Below, in pieces: positions 13,001 to 23,200 of a stretch of DNA of 64,000 nucleotides. The stretch covers positions 18,010,589 through 18,074,588 of the forward strand of contig CP154954.1 in NCBI GenBank assembly GCA_039621445.1. Direction: 5' to 3'. This DNA comes from Euglena gracilis (lineage: Eukaryota). The first letter of the stretch is position 1. The number at the start of each line of letters is the position of its first letter. The notes beneath the pieces were generated by a model, which saw only the letters and a program-made list of their open reading frames with translations, did not search any database and was not told the origin of the DNA. The position numbers and the translations under genes are program-made.

Positions 13001-16000
13001 CTCCGGTTGTCTATTCGTTTCTGACGACTTCCGAGTTTTTCGGGTGGGAATTTGCCCCCTTTCCCCTCTCTGCATGTTACAAAAGGTGCCTGCAGTTAGC
13101 TGCACGAGCTTCTACGCATTTCACATTGCTATGTTTTTTGGGGGGTGCGGCACCCTTGGACGCTCACTTCATCCGGCGGGAAGTGCAGCACTATTTGGAC
13201 CCACAGCTCTATTGGCCCCGCAGCACTATTAGGGAGGGGGGGTTTAGCCAATGGAGCCTGCTCGAGTCTCAAACAAAAGCCTGCTTGCTGCCAGCAAGTG
13301 ACCCGACAAGTTGGACCAGCCTGTCCTCAGGCATTTCTAAGGCGTTCCTGAGCGCCCCCCCCCCTCTCCCCCAGGAGACCGGGACACAGAGATCTGCCTG
13401 GGGATGCACCAGCCCGACTTCGCTCGGCAGGGGGCAGGCTTGACCGGGAAGGGTTGATCCTCATTCCGATCTTATTCACCTGTTGCTTGAATTTGGGGAA
13501 GCCAGAGTGGAGAACTCCGGGGGACAGGGGGACACTGCAAGAAGGCATCATATCTTCATCATCTTTTCTTTTTTCAAAAAAAATTGAAAATTTTTGGGTC
13601 TGAGCTAAGAATACTCGGGTGTGATTTCTTTTTGTGGACCAGATGCCAGTTCCCAAACTCCAACCCCTCGCCCCAAGTGGAGGGTGGAGGGGAGTTGGTT
13701 TGTCTGGGCGGCCTTGCCGAAAGGCTGCTTAAAAATTTGTCACGAAGGTCACCCAGAAATGTCTCTTTGTTTTGAAGAGGAGGAAGATTCTGGCACGTTT
13801 TTTTTTTGGAGGGAAAATGGAGGCTTGGAACGGACCCCAGACTGCGGACCCCCACCGCTCACCGGCACCTCCCAGGTCTCACACCATTCACAACCCAAAC
13901 CCGAACCCCAACCTTAACCCTGACCCAAACCCAACGACCCTAACGCTCGCCTAACGCTCGACCAAACCTGAAGCCTACCTGCAGCCCTCGCCTCTCCCTG
14001 CCATATGTGTGAGTGTGGGTTGAGCCCAGTAGGAAAATCCCACACACAATGGGAGGATTTCGCTCTCTTGATACGCACTCTTCTGTTCAAGTCTGGTTGA
14101 GGGCTACCCTCCCTGGCGGCCAGGTTGCTGGCTTCCGCCTGTCCCTGTGGGCGGAGCACACTGGTGCATATGAAAACGTCTACCGGGCAGGACGCTACGC
14201 CGCATAGGGCCAGGTGGGTGCAGGTATCGGGGTGGTGTGTGTGGTGTGTTTGTGTATGCGTGTGTATGCGTGTGTATGTGGCATGTATGCGCGCGTGTTT
14301 GGTGGCTGGGTGTATGTGGTTCGTGTGTGCGGGCGGGCGGGCGGGCGGGCGGTTGGGCTTGTGGGTGTGGTGTGGGTGTGTGTATATGTGGTGTGTGCGC
14401 GCTTTTGGTGTGTGTGTGTGTGTGTGCGCGCACGCCAGGCATTTGCTTAAGGGATTGCAGTACCCCCCCCGGGGGGGGGCTGGACTGCAGCTAGTCCAAA
14501 TTTGGCTAGTGGGGTTTCTAGCAGACCCCCCCCGGGGCGGTCTGCTAGCAGGGCTAGCTAGTGGAAAAAAATTTTCCAGTGACCGGCGCGAAGCGCCGAA
14601 AATTTTTTTGGGGACCCCCAAAAATGGCCAAAAATGCCTGTTTTTGGCCATTTTTGGGAATTTTTGGAACAAAATCAGCCAAAGATCTGTTAAAAACCTC
14701 ATTTTTCCTCCGGCGCGCAGCGCCGGAGGAAATTTTTTTTTCCAGTCCGGGGGACCCTTGGACCCCCCCCCCCCGGGGTCTAGCTAGTCCACTTTTTCCA
14801 GTGTCTAGCCGATTGGCTAGCCAGTACCCGGGTCCTTAAGCAAATGCCTGGTGCGCGCGCACGAGCGTGTGTGTGCGGGCGGGCGGGCGGGTGAGTGTAT
14901 GTTTTCCCCCCTCCAACTTTGTCGGCGCTGCCCTGTCAGCATTTTCCAAGCTCAGTGGAGTGCATCCGCCGTGTGAATCAGCTGGCAGGTGTGTGGCTCG
15001 CTCCCCCCAGCATCAGGGCTCTCAGTCTCATGTGTTTAGAATCCTTTGAATGTGTGTGTTCATTTGACTTCATTTGTATTTCACTCAAAGCGTTTGCATG
15101 AATTATTTTTTCTTTGCTTATCTTCTTCAGCCTCAGTCACCTCCCAAAGTGGTATAATGACTCCTTTCATTTTCCGTTCATTTTCGGCTGAACAATCCTG
15201 GCGTGCACCCAACGGGGATGGGGATGTCAGGGAGCCCTGGGGGACCCTGTCCCTTGGGGGGGGGGTCCGGCCAGCCAGCACCTTTTTTCCAGCCAGCAAC
15301 TACCAGCTGGGGAGCGGACCCCCCCCCCCCGGGTCTGCTGAAATAACGTTCGTGCCAGCCCGTCTAAGCCGGGCTGGACCGAAAAAATGAAATGGCCAAA
15401 AAGTGGCATTTCGGGGTCGTTTTGGGGGTTTCATATCCAAATTTTGGCTGAAAAATGCCGACCCAGCTGGATTCAGGCTTTTTTGGGCATTTTTGGGTAC
15501 CTGCCGGGTCCAGCTCCCAGCCAGCTGGACCTCCCCCCCCCCAGACCCGGGTCCAGCCAGCACCTTTTTCCAGCCGGCCCACAGGACCCCCTGGGGTGCT
15601 TAAGAAAACCCCTTTGCGCGACATTATCATTTTTTTCGTCGTTTTTTTTTTGAACAACGATGTCCCATTTGGAGCGTCGGATTATTTGTATCTCTTTTGT
15701 GTACCCCCCAAAATTGACTTTGCTTGCAGAGTACAACTGGGAGCTGTATTGTGCGGATGAGGTGAGGCCACTCGGTGGCCACCTGTGCAGGTTGCAACCC
15801 CTCCCACGCAAGCGAACGCCCAAATCACCTCAAGGTGGTGTTTTTTTCTTCAAGGAAACTAATCAAAGCTTGCCTGCTTACCCCCATAATACTTCTTTGT
15901 GGCACCATTTTAACCCCCCAAGAATCCTCCATCCTTTGTTGCATTTCCCACCGTGAGAAATGCCACACATTCTACACCTGAAATTGCACGTACAAGGTAT

Positions 16001-17104
16001 ATGTATTACAAAGATAAAACCAAAAGCACCTTTTTCACGACCCGTATGCTAAGCACGGTGCATATTTTATTGATAGTCTGTCCATAGCTTTCTTTGAACA
16101 CACACATATATATATAAAACGGCTGTGTATGTATGCATGTTTACAGCATAATGCCCAAACAACTTTGCTCCCCTTCAAAGGAGAAAGAAAAGTGAAAACC
16201 GATGCATCTTTTTGGAAAATTATGAGGTTGTAATCACAAAAATTCATCGAACCACCTGATGTTCTGTGTCCGATGAATAGAAGCATGGAATTCTGTCACA
16301 ATTATATGTAAAAACAGCATTTGGCAAGTTACAATCGGGAAAAGTGGTCAATCGGTCCATTAATGGTTTTGGGTGCTGCCCAAAGAAATCGCCAAAAACA
16401 TTGGTCCACTAATTTTGCAGCGGCAAAGTTATTCAGGGGGGAGGCCACAAATGAACAAACTGCAAAAGGAAACTGTCTCTTGTGCCAGTATCCACAATAT
16501 ATATGTCCCCTACTGGTAACTACACGAGCAAAACCATGTGGAGAAATGGTGGAGGAGAAACCAAATGGTGGAAGGAAAAAATGCACAACATCTTTTTTGT
16601 CATTCCATTTCCATTTCCATTTCTATGCCTTATGAAATCTGTTTTGAACCAATAAATATCCAGGAAAAGAGCATCCCCCCAAAGCATCGCCCCTGAGCTT
16701 CACTTTGGGCTGCACAGATACTAAACAGGCTCTACCCTTGTGTGTCCTTCGTCTTAAACAGGCTTGACCTCCCCCTCCTAAACAACTTCGCAGTGCCCTA
16801 CAGCTGTGGGGAAAGGCACAAGTGAATGGCAAACTCATCTGTGGAAGGACGAGGACATTGATCGTGGCTGCTTTTCTCTTTTCTCCTTTTTTTTATTTTA
16901 AAAAAAGCGACGGCCGTTTCGCACAGGTATCCGTTCCAGATCGCGCTGGACGGCTCCGTGGTTCCTCTGCAGCCATGCTTTCCGGACACGCGGGCCAGCA
17001 TCGCTGGCTCCCCACAGCCCACCGTGCCCACCATCGTAACTGAACGGGCGGTCTGTGGTTTGTGCGGCACCAGATTTGTTCCATCCAACAGATGGGAACT
17101 TTAA
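4014..17104 (+). CDS. PLD: Phospholipase D, plant PLD-alpha/delta-like, 3' part, spliced: join(4014..4098,5065..5141,5391..5461,7251..7342,8566..8672,10122..10267,11368..11438,13375..13431,14101..14184,14941..14988,15730..15790,16927..17104)
   Basis: Exons join in frame to give [71 protein letters not shown], the second HKD motif [66 protein letters not shown] and FPDT. 5' exons were not located. The start of the first listed exon and the C-terminus are uncertain. Confidence 0.95.
5065..5141 (+). CDS. PLD: PLD exon ([25 protein letters not shown])
   Basis: TAG acceptor; IYIENQ motif; followed by a non-conventional intron. Confidence 0.93.
5142..5390 (+). other. Non-conventional (euglenid-type) intron, 249 nt
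   Basis: Splits IENQ|YFLGSS. Ends are AG...GG. +4 CAT-GCGATCGC pairs with GCGATCGC-CTG ending at -6. Confidence 0.85.
5391..5461 (+). CDS. PLD: PLD exon ([23 protein letters not shown])
   Basis: YFLGSS motif; GTAGGT donor. Confidence 0.9.
5594..5962. mobile_element. MITE with ACCCCCC..ATAAT TIRs and TTA flanks (PIF/Harbinger-like)
   Basis: TTA|ACCCCCCTGAATAAT ... ATTATCCGGGGGGGT|TTA. Related ends at ~12825-13243 and ~24940. Confidence 0.5.
7251..7342 (+). CDS. PLD: PLD exon ([30 protein letters not shown])
   Basis: CAG/GT borders, phase-compatible, conserved PLD segment. Confidence 0.93.
7740..8168. mobile_element. hAT-type MITE
   Basis: CAGGG...CCCTG termini with a perfect 8-bp TSD TTGTGAAG; repeated GCTGG/CCAGC subterminal motifs. 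Confidence 0.85.
8566..8672 (+). CDS. PLD: PLD exon ([36 protein letters not shown])
   Basis: CAG/GT borders, conserved VQAIL.WQ..T. Confidence 0.92.
10122..10267 (+). CDS. PLD: PLD exon ([17 protein letters not shown]...RRQMIYVH)
   Basis: CAG acceptor, GTGAGT donor; contains the start of the HKD motif. Confidence 0.95.
10967..11275. mobile_element. hAT-type MITE
   Basis: CAGGCTTCTTTTT...AAAAAGAAACCTG TIRs; 8-bp TSD TTCCAGGC/TTCTAGGC. Confidence 0.8.
11368..11438 (+). CDS. PLD: PLD exon ([24 protein letters not shown]), catalytic HKD motif 2
   Basis: HxKxxxxD completed across the intron, followed by GSAN. Confidence 0.96.
11495..11702. repeat. (TATATC)n and (TA)n microsatellite
   Basis: Tandem array seen directly. 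Confidence 0.96.
11872..12168 (-). repeat. Dispersed MITE-like repeat with CAGTCA motifs; second copy at ~62858-63125 in opposite orientation
   Basis: Shared end TACAATCACTTAGTCACTGGCC and repeated TGACTGACTGGTTT. Confidence 0.65.
13375..13431 (+). CDS. PLD: PLD exon ([19 protein letters not shown])
   Basis: CAG acceptor; RDTEI motif. Confidence 0.93.
13432..14100 (+). other. Non-conventional intron, 669 nt
   Basis: GGG-CAGGCTTGA ... TCAAGTCTG-GTTGA. CAG at +4..+6, CTG at -8..-6, 9-bp stem; removal restores the frame ([11 protein letters not shown]). Confidence 0.88.
14101..14184 (+). CDS. PLD: PLD exon ([27 protein letters not shown])
   Basis: GQ..GFR.SLW.EH motif; flanked on both sides by non-conventional introns. 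Confidence 0.93.
14185..14940 (+). other. Non-conventional intron, 756 nt
   Basis: C|GGG-CAGG..CGCCG ... CGGCG..CCTG-TCAGC|A. +4 CAG / -8 CTG geometry, Y|R at both junctions, frame restored (YH FPSSVEC). Confidence 0.88.
14436..14850. mobile_element. hAT-type MITE inside a non-conventional intron
   Basis: Perfect 17-bp TIR CAGGCATTTGCTTAAGG; 8-bp flanks GCGCACGC/GTGCGCGC; many CTAG subterminal motifs. Confidence 0.85.
14941..14988 (+). CDS. PLD: PLD exon ([15 protein letters not shown])
   Basis: Conserved S.EC.R.VN; GT donor. Confidence 0.92.
15730..15790 (+). CDS. PLD: PLD exon ([20 protein letters not shown])
   Basis: CAG/GT borders; W.LY...GHL motif. Confidence 0.92.
16927..17104 (+). 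CDS. PLD: PLD last or penultimate exon ([38 protein letters not shown]...)
   Basis: CAG acceptor; YP and FPDT motifs. Recognisable similarity ends at 17041; in-frame TAA at 17102-17104. Confidence 0.85.
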
Positions 17105-17306
17105 TTGTCGATGACCTCCCGGGGGGGATCAAAAGCGTTCACAGCACCCCCCCCCAGCCCAACAGCCCCAGTGGCAGTGGTTATTCAGTCATGGTTGTTT
17201 GGGCAACTGGCCATCTTTTTTTTTGAAGCAGTTCAATTGACTTTTCATGTTTCACTGTTCTGGATGTGGATGGTGTCTATATATATATATATATATATAT
17301 TCAAAT

Positions 17307-17342
<36 letters not shown>

Positions 17343-17461
17343 TATTTGAAGGAGTAGGGTTAGGCGCTACATGGCCATGTTGCGCTACCTGGCCACGTTG
17401 CGCAACATTGGCCATGTTGCGCAACATAGCCATGTAGCACCTAACCCTACTCCTTCGAATA
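17343..17461. repeat. Hairpin element with TAGGGTTAGG telomere-like motif
   Basis: TATTTGAAGGAGTAGGGTTAGGCGCTACATGGC pairs with GCCATGTAGCACCTAACCCTACTCCTTCGAATA. Confidence 0.8.
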
Positions 17462-17509
17462 GGGGGGGTGTAGGGGGGGGGTAGGGGTGCACACAGGTTC
17501 TGCCCGCCA

Positions 17510-17597
17510 TATATAATATATATAATATAATATATATATATATATATATAATAATATATATAATATATATAATACCTTTCTATCTATCAATCTATCA

Positions 17598-17664
<67 letters not shown>

Positions 17665-17693
17665 AACCTATCTATCTATCTATCTATCTATCA

Positions 17694-17751
<58 letters not shown>

Positions 17752-17754
17752 ATG
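17510..17754. repeat. (TA)n and (CTAT)n microsatellites
   Basis: Tandem arrays seen directly. Confidence 0.95.
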
Positions 17755-17767
17755 GCAGCCATATTCT

Positions 17768-18019
17768 AAATGCCCCCCCCAGGGGGTCCATTTAGAGTGT
17801 CCAGGGGGTCGAAATAGTTTTTTTTTTGCGTTAACGATGGAATAGGGTTAGGTGCGCGACTTAGGCTTAGGGTTAGGCCTAACTTGTACACCTAACACCC
17901 GTCTATAAGTTTGGCCTAACCCTAACCCTAAGTCGCGCACCTAACCCTATTCCATCATTAACACAAAAAAAGCCATTTCGACCCCCTGGACACTCTAAAT
18001 GGACCCCCCGGGGGCCATT
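17768..18019. repeat. Foldback with ~110-bp arms carrying TTAGGG-like repeats
   Basis: GGGGGTCCATTTAGAGTGTCCAGGGGGTCGAAAT...TTAGGGTTAGGCC is mirrored at ~17913-18008. Confidence 0.85.
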
Positions 18020-19352
18020 TATTTGCATTTTTTTGCAGTCTTATTTTGCAATTTTCAAAATTTTGAAACTCAAATCTTCCACATAATTCCATCCGATAGT
18101 TGAAAATTTGGTGCCATTCTTGCATGTTTGCTGAGGCATTTTTTTTTTGCATTTTTGTTATTTTTGCGCTTTTTTCTCAGCAACCAGAAATTCCAACACT
18201 GAGTTGCAAGGTCCAGGAGGCTTTTTTCTGAGAAACCAGAAATTCCAACACTCAGTTGCAAGGTCCAGGACAATCCGATTTAGTATGTCCTGACACCCCC
18301 AGGGCCTGGGCACGAAAGGAACAACTTTACGGTCTGTGGGCACAGGGCTGCCGACCGAAGGGTCATGAGATTTCAACAGGGTGCCCAAATATTTCTGGAT
18401 CATATTAAGAAAACTGCCCATTTATTTATATCACCATTTTTTTCCGAACCAATTTTATCTGTGCCCAATCCCCTCTGCAATATGTATGTATGTATTCACA
18501 CATGCATGCAGGAAGTCTGAGTTTTTCATCCCACAAGTGTGCCCATTGCGCAGCTGCGCAATGAAGTCACATTTTATCATATGCGTTGAGTATCTATTGC
18601 GCAAGCACACAAGTGTAACTACAGCACAAGTGCACAACGACCACCCATATTTAAAATTACACATTTTTTTGTGTAAAATGCACAAATGCACAATGTATTA
18701 AATTTTCAATTTGATTTATTTATTGTAAAACACTGGTTTGCCATTGGGTAAATGCGTAATAGAGTCCTCTCATTTATTACCAACGCTTCGGGTTTATCTT
18801 ACTGGATCCTGGTCCAGAAAATAGCCATTTAGATGGGGGAGGGGATGCGCTAGCCTGGCTTCCAAAAATTACGAAACAGCACAACTCCCCAGTGATTTTC
18901 AAAGCTGTGTGCGGGTTGGGCTGCCCAAGTGTTACATTTTGTGGACTAATTTTGCATTAAGTTTGCTGCCGTTGTCCAAAGGCAACACTTGCTTTTAAAT
19001 TTGAAATTTGTGTTCCCACTTCTATTTTGCATGTGGAAAGGAATAATTTTTTTACAAGAAATTTGTCTTTTTGGGCAAAAAATCTCACTTCCTGTAAATT
19101 CAGGTGTTTCAAGGTTGAGAGTTTGTAAAAAAAAAACCTAACCCCTAATCCCACTTGCCTAACCCCACTTTCCTTGTTCTCAATTCCATAGAAACGTAAA
19201 TTTCGTTGATCTTAAAGGCCATCTTCTTCTCCCGCTGTGAGATGAGTTTTAAGTGACCCCCCCCCCCAATGAGACCCAAGTCTTATTTTGGGTTGCTGGA
19301 AACCATCCAGAGGGTTCTTATTTTTTGTTTTTTTTTTCACCATCCCGAGTCT

Positions 19353-19398
<46 letters not shown>

Positions 19399-20096
19399 TA
19401 TATATATACATATATATACACATATATATACACACATATATATATATATATATAATATATATATATGTATATATATAGACAGTCGTGATGATATATTTTG
19501 ACGATATGGTCGTGTTTAATCTAACGGTTTCTCTCGCAAATCGCCTGCCAACACGTGAATTTGCCTGCCAACATGTGTCGCCAGACGCTCAAAGCGAACC
19601 GAACGAACACTCCTCTGATTCACCGGAACGGGTTTGTTCAGTTTCTTCGCAACTGATTGTGTCCTTGCTCTCGGCATTGCGGAGGGCAGCTCACGAATTC
19701 AAGCCAACTGTGTTTCCGTGCGCGAAAACTGGTCCAAACCTCTCTGATTTTCAGGCGGACAGGAGTATAACTCTCTTCCGAAAGCAGAAATCGTTGTCTG
19801 GCTGCAAGCGGGCAATCGCTGGTGTTATTTTTTTGTGCTATTTTCTAAATGGTAGGGGCCAAATCGAGCTTCGCGCTTCAATTGGGGGAGATCCTGCTTG
19901 TTGCTGAAATGAGCGTTTCTTTTTTTTGCGTTTGACGTCACTACTTTTACTTACTACTTTTTTACGAATGTCCGAAAGCGTGAGCCCCATGGCCTATGCT
20001 TTGAGGGAGGCTGCAGCAGCAGCAACAAAACACCAGCAGCAACACAGCAGTTTGCCCTTGTGTGGTCGCGCCTTCTCGCCCGCGGCGTTTTTGCGA

Positions 20097-20135
20097 CACC
20101 TCGGGCTCCGCACTTTGCCCTGGTGAGGCCATGTC
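20097..20135 (+). mobile_element. Orphan left terminus of DIRS family A
   Basis: GACACCTCGGGCTCCGCACTTTGCCCTGGTGAGGCCATG matches the left ends at 30446 and 34665. Confidence 0.8.
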
Positions 20136-20169
20136 TTTTTCCACCGGCGAAAAACGCCTCCCCCCACAA

Positions 20170-20282
20170 TCGGACTCCACGACACAGGAAGGGGGAGGAA
20201 GGGGCCAGTGCCGGCTGCTCTGCTCTTGTGTGGTTGGTGTGCACGGGGGTGCCTCTTACTGCGTCTTTGTTGACGGAGCTGG
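20170..20282 (+). mobile_element. Left terminus (A1 plus inverted-repeat segment) of DIRS family B, interrupted by element E0
   Basis: TCGGACTCCACGACACAGGAAGGGGGAGGAAGGG matches the 61183 end; followed by ...GGGGGTGCCTCTTACTGCGTCTTTGTTGACGGAGCTGG. Confidence 0.75.
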
Positions 20283-23200
20283 TCGCACTCCCTCGGGGCA
20301 AAACGACAAGGGGGGGCACCGAGGGCGAGGCACAAAGACCTTGTGAGGCCATGCCTTGCTCACCGGCGGTTTTTTGTGTGCATTTTTTTTTGCCGCGTTT
20401 GGTCAGGAGGTCCCGCTGTGCCGCATCGCCGGTGTTGGCTCACGACGCTGCTCCGAGTTTGCGAAGTGGCTTCTTACCCTTGAGGTGTCACTCCCCCGCC
20501 CCCCCTGACCCCATTCTCTGACCTAGGGCTTTTGGAGATAAATTTCTTTTACTGGTGGGGGGGTCGGGCTCAAAAGGTCTTTGCTTCGCCCTCGGTGTCA
20601 ATTCCTCCCGCGTCGTTTTGCCTCGAGGGAGTACGAGAAACCTCGGGCTCCGCACTTTGCCCTTGTAAGGCCTTATTCTGCACTGAAATTAGGGGGGCCA
20701 GGGCATTTTACATGGGACCTTGGGCACCAAGTCGTTGATAATGGGCTGTGAAAGCCTCCACCCCCCTCCGCTGGCCAACTTCAAAAACTTCTTGGGCAGA
20801 AAGGCCCAATTATTTTTTAGTAAACCGACTCCCGCTCCTCTGGTGGAGTGGGCCTCCCACACCTGGGGGGGGTACCCCTTTTCTGGCCAAAAAATCTTTT
20901 GTAATAGAAGCAACGGTGTCTGAACTTATGGCCCTGAAGGGGGGTTTTAATGAAATCAGAAGGGGGCCCCCAGGTCTGACGAATAAACGTGTGGCAGCAA
21001 CATAAGGCATCATTAAATGAAAGGGGCTTATTTGTGGATATTGGGGAATGGACACCACCCTCTCCCACTTGTGAAACTTCTGGCCTTTACGCTTAATTTT
21101 TATGTAGGGTGCCCTGCCCAACACACTGGTGATTCGTTTGACTTGTGCCAAGTCTGAGGACCTGTATGTACAGAGGATTCGTGAGCAAAAAATAAGTTGT
21201 GTACGCAATGTACCAATTTCAGTGGGCATTGGGGCCTTGGCCAGCCCCAGGAGGATTGGGAGTGGGTCCGGTCCCCCATACTTCTCCAGATTTTGGTTCC
21301 GAGGATCTTGTACGGGGTCAACAGGGTGTGGAATATTGGCCCACCAGACCAAGGAACCAAAAACATAGCACTGTATGCGTAACGGGCTTGAGCCTTGGAA
21401 AATTGGAATAGTTGTACTAAAGCGTCAGCCACATGGTCTGTGGTGGCTTCAGGGGGGGGGAGAAGTGCAAAAGCACTCTGATAAACGTTTTAAACTGGGG
21501 TTTTCCCCCGGAAATCGGTACTGGTTTTAACCTGATTTTTGTTTCCCTTCCAATATTTGCCTGAGCAAATCATGCAAACCAGGTGCCACCTGGAGGGTGG
21601 CATTTGTTCCCCCCTACAATTGGTGAACATACCGTTGTAGGGGGTCATTTTCAGGCAGGGGGTCCTTGGAACTTTCGTTTTTATTAATTTGCGGCCACAA
21701 GGTGGCTGAATTCCAGTAGGGGGTGACCATCAAAAGATTGGTCTGGGGAAAAATTTTCAAACCTGGGAAGAAATTGTTGAATTATTGACAAAAGGGTTTG
21801 CATAAAGATACCCCATGTTGTCCAGTGGACATTATAATGCATTTACTGCTGTGGCATCCTACTGGGGCCATCTGGCCACGAAATTGGGCAATTTTTTGTT
21901 GCCTAGGGAGGCAAATAAGTGGGTTTCCATATTTGTAAATGTTTGGAATTGCTGCCTTAACCATTGAAAAAGTTGGAGGTCTAAGGAGTAATCCCCCTTG
22001 TCCATTTCCCATCTGCTTATGGGGTCTGCCAGGCATCCATTTGAAGGCCCCCAGTTGACTTGGAGGTTTACTTGGTCCTCTACGCACCATTTGAAAAATG
22101 GTCTTAGCATTGTGTTGAAGGGGTCCTTTCTGCCCCCCACCTTTGTTCAGGAAATAGTAAAATACCTGGTTGTCTACGGACAAAAAAACTGTTTCCCCAG
22201 GTTTGCTCAAACTTTTCACAGTTCTGATTGCTGCACTGAGCTCAATTACATTTACGTGTAAAATGGAGTCTTTTCTCCAAAATTCCTGCACAAGTTCTCA
22301 TTTGTGGATGTCCAGCCCCCCCCCCCCCAGGCATGGGTGCTGCTGTAACTCCCTTGTTGCATTTTGGGGGCAGGGTCTGCCCTCCCAGGTGTCCAGTATT
22401 ATTATGTAACCCTTAATTGGGCTTTGATTTCCGGAGAAATGGGGTGTTTTTAGTCCCAGGGGGCTGTGGACTTTGCCACCAAAAAATTTGCCAGTGTATC
22501 CGTAAAAGCCCTTAAAAAGGGCAGGGCCATTAGATTCCATCTTTTTTGACCCAAAATGGCAGCCAACTGCCTTTTTGACGTGTAATATTTTTCCACAATT
22601 TTTCCCAGATCCTTTTTGATGGTTTTGACTTTCTACGGGGGGCACTGGAAGTTTATTTGAAAACGCAGATGAGTTACCACTTGTGTCGGCTGCAGGGTGG
22701 ACTTTTTCACGTTGATTTTGAACCCTGAATTCAGGAAATCTTTGACGACTCTGTTCAGGTGACTTTTCAAAAAAAATTGGGTGGGGACAACCAGCAAAAT
22801 GTCGTCCAGGTAAATAAACAGCTGGATGCCCCTTTTTCTCCACAGTTTTTCGAATGTTTTCATCACTCACATGAAAATTTTGGGCATTACATTTAGTCCA
22901 AAGCAGTCTGCTTGAAATTCCCAGGTCTGCCCCCCCACCTGATGCCTTAAAAATGGCCTTAGTCCTGGACATGATGGAACATGAAAATAGGCACCCTTCA
23001 GGTCCATTTTTGCTGACCAATGGTGGAAAGATGTGCAGGATATGATCCAGTTTGAAAATGTTTACTTTAAATTGCTGATTGATTTCTCTGCAATCGCTGA
23101 TCATTCTCCGTTTTGTTGTTCCCCCTTCTAGCTTCGAAATTAGAAGCCAGAGGATTAAATGCTGGGTGTCTGAAACCAAAACTCGTTTCATCGAACCAGT

